DNA of 64,000 bases from a virus. Under the pieces are notes generated by a model. The model made no database searches. It saw only the letters and a list, made by a program, of their open reading frames with translations, and was not told the DNA's origin. Shown piece by piece: positions 57,746 through 64,000 of this stretch. Position 1 is the stretch's first letter. Each line of letters begins with the position of its first letter. Made by a program: the position numbers and the translations under genes. The DNA is taken from IMG/VR virus record IMGVR_UViG_3300020391_000003, positions 120,325-184,324 of that record, one strand, 5' to 3'.

Positions 57746-58542
57746 AATTTTATTTTTGTTTTTCTCAATGGTAAGAAGTCTATATTATTTGCGATTAATA
57801 ATATTGCTTGTTTATATATTTCAGTAGGCCTATGGTTTAGTTTGTCATCACCTTCGTAGCTTCTTTGATATGCTCCCCAAACTTGACACGAAAACACTAG
57901 CCAATAATACTCTAATTCTGTATCGCACGAGATTTCTTCATTCGCGAATCTAACAAAGCGATCATAATCTAAAGGGTGGTGACCCATAAAGTGTATTAAA
58001 AAGTCTCCACGATTGTATAGAGTTGGGTATATATTAAAGTGATGTGGGTTTACAGGGTTGAGTTTGCTATGTTTTCTTAGAACATCTACTAGCCTACCTT
58101 GATCAGCCCCATTTCCGTTTCCCCCATGCCTCCAGGGTTTGTCTGTACCTATCAATCGAGATTCCCACCACTCATTTAACACTTGTAGTGAATAATTATT
58201 TGTTCTAAAAAACAAAACGCCAGAATTTAGAGGACTAGCCCCAGGGTCTTTTGCGTATAAAATATCTCGTTCTGAGCTACTTAAATAAGTATATAAATCG
58301 AAGTCTCTATTAACTATTGCAGTATCAATGTCTATCCACCCTAGGTATTCATATTCATTAAAATGCTGCAACAACTTTAGCGGCTTTTGGTAATTAACAT
58401 GAACTGACTTATCAAGAGTTCCTGCCGCTCCCAGGTAGTCGTAGCCTTTTCTGCTGCAATAATCTATAACTGAATTTACGCAATTCTTGCGTTTTTCATA
58501 ATATTTTAAATCGGATAGTTGACAAATTCCTATTTTTTTCAT
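57742..58542 (-). CDS. Glycosyltransferase, GT34-like
   Basis: YQKP, GWIDIDTAIVN, LNSGVLFFR, ADQG, GDFLIHF. Confidence 0.75.
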   Translation of the reverse strand: MKKIGICQLSDLKYYEKRKNCVNSVIDYCSRKGYDYLGAAGTLDKSVHVNYQKPLKLLQHFNEYEYLGWIDIDTAIVNRDFDLYTYLSSSERDILYAKDPGASPLNSGVLFFRTNNYSLQVLNEWWESRLIGTDKPWRHGGNGNGADQGRLVDVLRKHSKLNPVNPHHFNIYPTLYNRGDFLIHFMGHHPLDYDRFVRFANEEISCDTELEYYWLVFSCQVWGAYQRSYEGDDKLNHRPTEIYKQAILLIANNIDFLPLRKTKIKL

Positions 58543-59618
58543 GACAATAATTTTTTATATTTTTCTATAACAATTGGATTTGTTGGAGAGTATTTGTAGA
58601 TTATTTTTTGCGCTTCATCTTTGTATTTATCTAAATTTTTATCGTGATAATTTAGGGCGAGGTTTAGGGCCTCTGCCCCTAACTTGGTGTCGTAATTAGG
58701 GTAGTAGTATCCAGATTCTTTGATCAGCTCAGAGTTGTGAACAAGTGGCAAATTAAAATGTAACGCTTCGAAATATGTATAATTTAAAGAATTTAATAGT
58801 TGATTTGAAATTATCACATTAGACATATCTGTAAATATTTTAGAAACTTTTATTCTTCCTTTAAATTCTATTTTATTTTCTTTTGTTACATCTAGTTCCC
58901 ACATTAGGGATTTGAAGTATTTTTTATCCAAAAATTTTGCCGCGCAATAAACTGTTATTTTATTGAAATCATTTCTGCTAAACTTTGTGTAAAATTCTTC
59001 GGCTATCATGATTGATGGAAGGCAGTGCTTTGTCATGTTTAAATTGGGTTCGAGTATTCCAATATTTTTAGCTTCGCCAGGATTGTAACGGCAGGTCTTA
59101 TTTATTTTGTTCCATATTTTTTCATGCATATCTATATATTTTGAGCTCCAGATATAAGGTAATTCAAATACTTTTTCTGTATTATAGTATGTTTTATAGT
59201 AGTTGTATGAAAATTTGTAATGAGGAGATATCCATATTTCGTCAACCATTTTTGTGCTTATGGCTAAATGATCTTGCCAGCTACATCTTTCTATGTCTGC
59301 TAAAAGACCGTTTCCATAAACAATATGTATGTTTTTTGAATTTTTATTTTTTGCTTTTATTAATTTTATTATATCATTATTTATTAACCAGGAAGTATTT
59401 AATATAAAAGATATATCTTCACAATATTCTAATAATTCATTTTCTTCTACAATTAAAATATCACATGGAGGATCAATGCATTCTTCCATTTTATGGTTTA
59501 TAGCAATAATCGGAGTAAATCCGATATCTTTTAATAAATCAGCAAGGAACACTATGTTTTGTTGCAATCCATTGCTGAATAGCCCGTTTTTATAATTAGC
59601 AGTAAGCAATATATTCAT
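58539..59618 (-). CDS. DUF2827-family protein (second paralog)
   Basis: LFSNGLQQNIVFL, IWISPH, PYIW, ILEPN, NQLLNSLNYTYFEAL..LVHNS, GYYY; GTGTA 10 nt upstream. Confidence 0.75.
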   Translation of the reverse strand: MNILLTANYKNGLFSNGLQQNIVFLADLLKDIGFTPIIAINHKMEECIDPPCDILIVEENELLEYCEDISFILNTSWLINNDIIKLIKAKNKNSKNIHIVYGNGLLADIERCSWQDHLAISTKMVDEIWISPHYKFSYNYYKTYYNTEKVFELPYIWSSKYIDMHEKIWNKINKTCRYNPGEAKNIGILEPNLNMTKHCLPSIMIAEEFYTKFSRNDFNKITVYCAAKFLDKKYFKSLMWELDVTKENKIEFKGRIKVSKIFTDMSNVIISNQLLNSLNYTYFEALHFNLPLVHNSELIKESGYYYPNYDTKLGAEALNLALNYHDKNLDKYKDEAQKIIYKYSPTNPIVIEKYKKLLS

Positions 59619-59648
59619 CGCATTTTATTACACGGCAAATTTCAATAT

Positions 59649-62264
59649 TTATTCTGAAATGACAAAACTAGCAGGATTTAATGTGGAGGTATTAGCTGAC
59701 CTATTTAACTTATCAAGGTTAAATAAAAATGATCCGTTTGAGTCTGCAATACCATTAGAGTCGCACACTGTAAAATTATTATTTTCATCTATTGCGTTGG
59801 ATAATTGAAAACCGTCGGCATATGATTTATATGTATAAATGGTGCCTCCGTTTGGTGCAGTTCCACCTTCTGATATATTTTCCAAAGATACGTTGGTTGG
59901 ATTTGAAACCGTAGTGCCTATATCGGCTAATCCTGCGCCTAGACTATTTGGTGATGCGGATATGGTTCTAGAAGAAAATCCTTCTAATTTATATGTTGGT
60001 CTTGTAGAAATTGATGTAGTTTCTATATTGGCCAAATTAAAAGCTGAAACTTGCCATGAAAATGTTCCTTTGGTGTCGACATCTTTTGCAACTATTGTAA
60101 AAGAATTGCTGTTTCTTCCTGTGCCGGATGAATTTATGGTAAGTTGAGATGGGTTTGTTTGTGCGCTGCTGGTAGATAAGGATGGAGCAGTAAGCATTAA
60201 TTGATTACTGGACATTGAGAATTGATCTGAGTTGCCAGCTGGAGAGCTAATTAATTTTGAAGCTAAGTTGTTGATTGACAAAGATAAAGGTGTATTTGCA
60301 ATATTTACCACATCTTGATCTTCTATTGTAATTCCATTTGAGGTTTTTGTTGCAGATATTTTTATATTATTTTGACCACCATCATTTTTTACATTGTATC
60401 CCCCGTTTAAATAATCCACACTTTTATTTGATTCGAACGTATTAGGGTTGGATATTGTTAACTGGTTATTTGGCGATGCGTATATTACTGAATCGTAATT
60501 GTTTAGAGTGTTTAAAACGGTTGCGCTTTCTGTGTCTTTAATAGCTTGTTGTGAAGCAGGGTAGGTAATTGATGATATTGAAACTGATGGAGCGCTACCG
60601 TTATTTAATTTAGCTGTATCTGTTGTTGTGAATTTGTCGCTTTGTGTGCCAAAATTATTTCTAGCCTTAAAGGATGCAGCTTGATCTCCGTCTCTATTTG
60701 AGGATCCAATTGAACCAAATACAGAGATAGGAACTGTGAATTTATATGTTCCGTCTGATAGAGTTGTTTTGGAGTAAGTTGAAGAGAAAGATGTTTGTGT
60801 CCCCTTTGATACCCCTTCATTTTGAACAGAAATTGAAATGTTATTAATGGAAACTCCTTTTCCGTCAACAACAATTTCTGAATTGATAGTGTCACCAGCC
60901 TTAACTTCTTGGGTTCCAATAATATGTGGAGATGTTGTGGATGTGGCTAATGAGTCTAATGATCCGCTGATGATCGCTGGACCGTTCGCAATTTTTACTT
61001 TCACTCTTTCTGTATCTGTAGCTCCATTGTTTGTTCTAAGTGCATGTATTTCAATATTATCTGAATTATTAAATATACCACCAACATAATTTACCGTTTT
61101 AGGTGATTCGAATATTCCTGAGTTAGTTATGCTGATTTCAGAATTCAAAGATGAATAAGAAACCGTATCTGTGGTATCTTGCCAGTTTAATATGCTGTTT
61201 GAAAAGGTTGTAGACTCACCTTCTCTTAGGCCGTCTGATCTTCCATTATATGATGTTGGATCACTTGCGTTAATAATTGGATATAGTTGATCAAGGTCTC
61301 TTGTTCCGCTGGTATGACCGTAATCAGTCGATTCTTTTAAATCACCTGTAGCACCAAAGGTATTAATTGCTTGAACTGCGACTGAGCTTGGACCAGATCT
61401 ATTAGAAACTGTTACGGGAATCGTAGCCCTAAAAAGTCCACCTATGTCCACTAAATTGTAATTACTAAAATCAATTTCTTCTGCTAAGCCATGATTGTGA
61501 ACTTTTATAAAGTCTACGTCATTCCTATCAAAATCAACGAATATATTAATTGTGTCTCCTTGTTTTAAATGAGAGGATCCTAGTTCATGGCCAGGTCTTG
61601 CGGTTGCATTTGATATTTCGTCAATCATTATATTTACCGCCTCAGGACCGCCACCAAGTTCATTTAAAGGTATGATTGTAGATCTACCATTTGCGTGTCC
61701 AGTTATGCCTGTAAAACCTTCAAGATTAACATTATCCAAAAATCCTTTAAACCTTCTTGTATTATCTCCAAGTTCTTCTATATTTTCAAGAGGTATTGCT
61801 TGGCCATTAATGGAAGCAAATCCAACATAATCTTGACTTGGTCCGTCCCATTCTATCTCGATTCTTAAATCTTCGGCAGTAGCCACAGTAACTCCCGAAA
61901 GATGAGTGTTTGCATCTGGGGTATTGGTATAAAATATTTTTTCTGTAACTCCGATATTATCACTAACATCTGAGAAAAAAACAAATTCTGCGGCTCCAGA
62001 ACTAACTTGAGTTATTGAAGTGTTTAGGGTATCTAGTTTTGTTGCAACATCAACACCCGCAACGGTCAAACCATTAGTGAAGTTTCCTTGATTAAATTCA
62101 ACTGAATCAGTAGTTCTTACGTTTTGATCCATGACAAGAAACTCATTGTTAATTAGCTTGCCATCAAAATATAGATTATCAAAGACGCCTGTACCCCAGG
62201 CTCTGCCTATTCTACCTACACTGCCTTCTCCGCTATTTCTTGGAACTAGATTTCTTGTGCCCAT
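59649..62264 (-). CDS. Large Ser/Thr/Gly/Asn-rich virion protein (fibre/baseplate-like, Ig-like repeats)
   Basis: RNLVPRNSGEGSVG N-terminus; internal similarity (LK.GDTIN / VKAGDTIN; FESPKTVNY / FESNKSVDY); GTGTA 9 nt upstream. Confidence 0.6.
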   Translation of the reverse strand: MGTRNLVPRNSGEGSVGRIGRAWGTGVFDNLYFDGKLINNEFLVMDQNVRTTDSVEFNQGNFTNGLTVAGVDVATKLDTLNTSITQVSSGAAEFVFFSDVSDNIGVTEKIFYTNTPDANTHLSGVTVATAEDLRIEIEWDGPSQDYVGFASINGQAIPLENIEELGDNTRRFKGFLDNVNLEGFTGITGHANGRSTIIPLNELGGGPEAVNIMIDEISNATARPGHELGSSHLKQGDTINIFVDFDRNDVDFIKVHNHGLAEEIDFSNYNLVDIGGLFRATIPVTVSNRSGPSSVAVQAINTFGATGDLKESTDYGHTSGTRDLDQLYPIINASDPTSYNGRSDGLREGESTTFSNSILNWQDTTDTVSYSSLNSEISITNSGIFESPKTVNYVGGIFNNSDNIEIHALRTNNGATDTERVKVKIANGPAIISGSLDSLATSTTSPHIIGTQEVKAGDTINSEIVVDGKGVSINNISISVQNEGVSKGTQTSFSSTYSKTTLSDGTYKFTVPISVFGSIGSSNRDGDQAASFKARNNFGTQSDKFTTTDTAKLNNGSAPSVSISSITYPASQQAIKDTESATVLNTLNNYDSVIYASPNNQLTISNPNTFESNKSVDYLNGGYNVKNDGGQNNIKISATKTSNGITIEDQDVVNIANTPLSLSINNLASKLISSPAGNSDQFSMSSNQLMLTAPSLSTSSAQTNPSQLTINSSGTGRNSNSFTIVAKDVDTKGTFSWQVSAFNLANIETTSISTRPTYKLEGFSSRTISASPNSLGAGLADIGTTVSNPTNVSLENISEGGTAPNGGTIYTYKSYADGFQLSNAIDENNNFTVCDSNGIADSNGSFLFNLDKLNRSANTSTLNPASFVISE

Positions 62265-62287
62265 TTATTATATTACACCCAAGGTTA

Positions 62288-62941
62288 TTAAAAAGATATA
62301 TCGTCAGTAAATGCATTTGGACCTGTATCATATCTCCAAAGATTAGCTCTTAATTCTAAATTATTATCGTCTCTAAGAATCCACATTGTATCAGATATGA
62401 ATTCATGGGTTGTTGGGGTAACTTCCCCAAATTCATTTAGTTCAAAAGCTTCTTTTTGAAGAAATCTGCTTCTAAGCATTTCTTCTTCGAAGCCACTACT
62501 TAATCCACTGCCACCAACTCCTGAAATCTCGATGCCTGAAACTGTAGATTGGAGTTCGTTAATTTCGTTCAAGAGTGATAATCCGGTAGAATCAAGATTA
62601 CCACTTAATGTATCAATATGTTCGTGGAGATGAAGTTCTGTGGTTTCGAGATTACCACTTAATGCATCAATATGTTCGTGGAGATGGAGCTCTGTGACTC
62701 CGGGGTTTCCACTTGATAAGTTAAAACCTGTAGAATTTTGTAGTAAGTCAATAATATTTATTTTTTCTCCAGATAAATTTTGTAAAAATCCAGATTTAAA
62801 ATTTAATTGATCTACATCAATTTGTTTAGTAGAAAGTTTTTTTCCTTCAATTAATACAAGTGGATCAAAGGGCTGCTGGCCAATAATATACTTATCTTTG
62901 CCAATCTTTCTTAATGCATTTTTTATTTGAAAAAATTCCAT
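62288..62941 (-). CDS. Fibre-like protein with a His-rich 18-aa duplication
   Basis: ELHLHEHIDALSGNLETT / ELHLHEHIDTLSGNLDST. Confidence 0.6.
   Translation of the reverse strand: MEFFQIKNALRKIGKDKYIIGQQPFDPLVLIEGKKLSTKQIDVDQLNFKSGFLQNLSGEKINIIDLLQNSTGFNLSSGNPGVTELHLHEHIDALSGNLETTELHLHEHIDTLSGNLDSTGLSLLNEINELQSTVSGIEISGVGGSGLSSGFEEEMLRSRFLQKEAFELNEFGEVTPTTHEFISDTMWILRDDNNLELRANLWRYDTGPNAFTDDISF
62595..62695 (-). repeat. 54-bp coding tandem duplication
   Basis: 62595-62641 matches 62649-62695 with few substitutions. Confidence 0.9.
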
Positions 62942-62947
62942 AATTTA

Positions 62948-64000
62948 TTAGATTACATCGTTATCGCCTGTAACTTTATATACTATAGAATATTTAACTG
63001 TATATCCAGAAATAGTATGAGGCCTTTTAATAAAAACCCTTCCCGCTTCGTCATTGTCTATTTTTACTCCGATATCTGAATCAATAAATATTAAATCTTC
63101 ATTTTTTGGTGAAACTGGTTCATTTTTATTTAATCTTCTATCTGCAGTATGAAATTGTATTGGATATGATGATTCATTAAAAATAACAATGTGATCCATT
63201 AAGCCTCTTTCATATAAGTTGTTATAATCTTCTAGTTCATAAGAATTTATCAAACTAGCTGAAACGTTTTCTTGACGAAGCGAAAATTGCGTGTCTGTGT
63301 GAAATGTGCTAAATGAGTCAACGCATCTGTCTTGCGGTGTATATTCTGAGTGTATAAAGTATTCTGGATGAGCTATTTCGAGCTCGCTTTTATTCATTCT
63401 GCCATTTTCAAAATAAGTTCCAAAAACATCATCCATTAAATTTTTATTTGTTCCGTAACAACTTCCAGAGTCAGTGCCATACCTTAAATTATCTGGTATA
63501 TCTTCCATTAATATGAAATCTTCTTCTATTTTTTGATTAACAGTTTTTGTTCTTTTTTTATAAGGCTGAGTGTCACTTCGTTTTATAGTTACTCCTTCGC
63601 CGGAAAAACCAATATTACTTAATTTAGATATGACTCCAGAAAGAAGTTCGTGCGTTTTTACATCAGAATCTAATTCTACATCAACGTGTATGTTAGAAAG
63701 TTCTCCAGAAATACCAGAAAGTAATCTATGGGTTTCGCTGTCATCTATATCTATATTAGAAAGCTCTCCAGAAACCCCAGATAGTAACCTGTGAGTTTCT
63801 GCGTCATCAATATTGATATTAGAAAGCTCTCCTGAAACTCCAGATAGTAACCTGTGAGTTTCTGTATCGTCAATATTGATATTAGAAAGCTCTCCTGAAA
63901 CCCCAGATAGTAACCTGTGAGTTTCTGTATCGTCAATATTGATATTAGAAAGCTCTCCTGAAACCCCAGATAGTAACCTGTGAGTTTCTGTATCGTCAAT
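62948..64000 (-). CDS. Repeat-containing virion protein, 5'-truncated by the window edge (at least 350 aa)
   Basis: Frame from 64000 (IDDTETHRLLSGVSGELSNIN...) is open without stops into the ATG at 63508 called by the track. Confidence 0.8.
   Translation of the reverse strand: MDDTETHRLLSGVSGELSNINIDDTETHRLLSGVSGELSNINIDDTETHRLLSGVSGELSNINIDDAETHRLLSGVSGELSNIDIDDSETHRLLSGISGELSNIHVDVELDSDVKTHELLSGVISKLSNIGFSGEGVTIKRSDTQPYKKRTKTVNQKIEEDFILMEDIPDNLRYGTDSGSCYGTNKNLMDDVFGTYFENGRMNKSELEIAHPEYFIHSEYTPQDRCVDSFSTFHTDTQFSLRQENVSASLINSYELEDYNNLYERGLMDHIVIFNESSYPIQFHTADRRLNKNEPVSPKNEDLIFIDSDIGVKIDNDEAGRVFIKRPHTISGYTVKYSIVYKVTGDNDVI
63692..64000 (-). repeat. 63-bp (21-aa) coding tandem repeat, about 5 copies, running off the window
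   Basis: Period 63 bp; unit IDDTETHRLLSGVSGELSNIN; copies degrade toward the C-terminus. Confidence 0.92.

Noticed and set aside
63751-63999. ORF-track 82-aa protein and the + strand ORF 63570..63794
   Set aside because: Wrong frames of the 63-bp repeat; the frame starting at 64000 joins the downstream gene
1-64000. Stop-codon reassignment
   Set aside because: Long genes are intact in code 11; TGA, TAA and TAG all end ORFs, often in ATGA or TAATG overlaps
1-64000. tRNA, rRNA or tmRNA genes
   Set aside because: Intergenic gaps are short and AT-rich; no cloverleaf or T-loop signature recognised by eye (tRNAscan-SE would be decisive)

Overview
This window is a 64-kb internal segment of a large, AT-rich tailed dsDNA phage genome (Caudoviricetes-like). 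Head and packaging genes are terminase large subunit, prohead protease/scaffold, capsid decoration protein and major capsid protein (12.6-17.9 kb), with the probable portal displaced to 48.2 kb. Replication genes are a DnaE split into PHP and core genes, a DEDD exonuclease, primase, DnaB, a RecA-like protein and a PD-(D/E)XK nuclease. Also present are nrdAB with class Ic signatures, a phage sigma factor, ClpC/Hsp20/J-domain chaperones, nucleotide-sugar enzymes, a glycosyltransferase/DUF2827 cluster between Ser-rich repeat fibre genes, and a DUF1549/1553 + DUF1501 pair typical of PVC bacteria. A Verrucomicrobia/Planctomycetes host is inferred. Three promoter classes are visible: sigma70-like (TTGACA-17-TAnnnT), a recurrent GTGTA motif mostly 9 nt before start codons, and one sigma54-like site before Hsp20. 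A 1.6-kb AT-rich two-gene cassette is bracketed by a perfect 53-bp direct repeat. No tRNA, rRNA, CRISPR array, integrase or transposase was recognised. All family assignments come from remembered motifs, not database searches.
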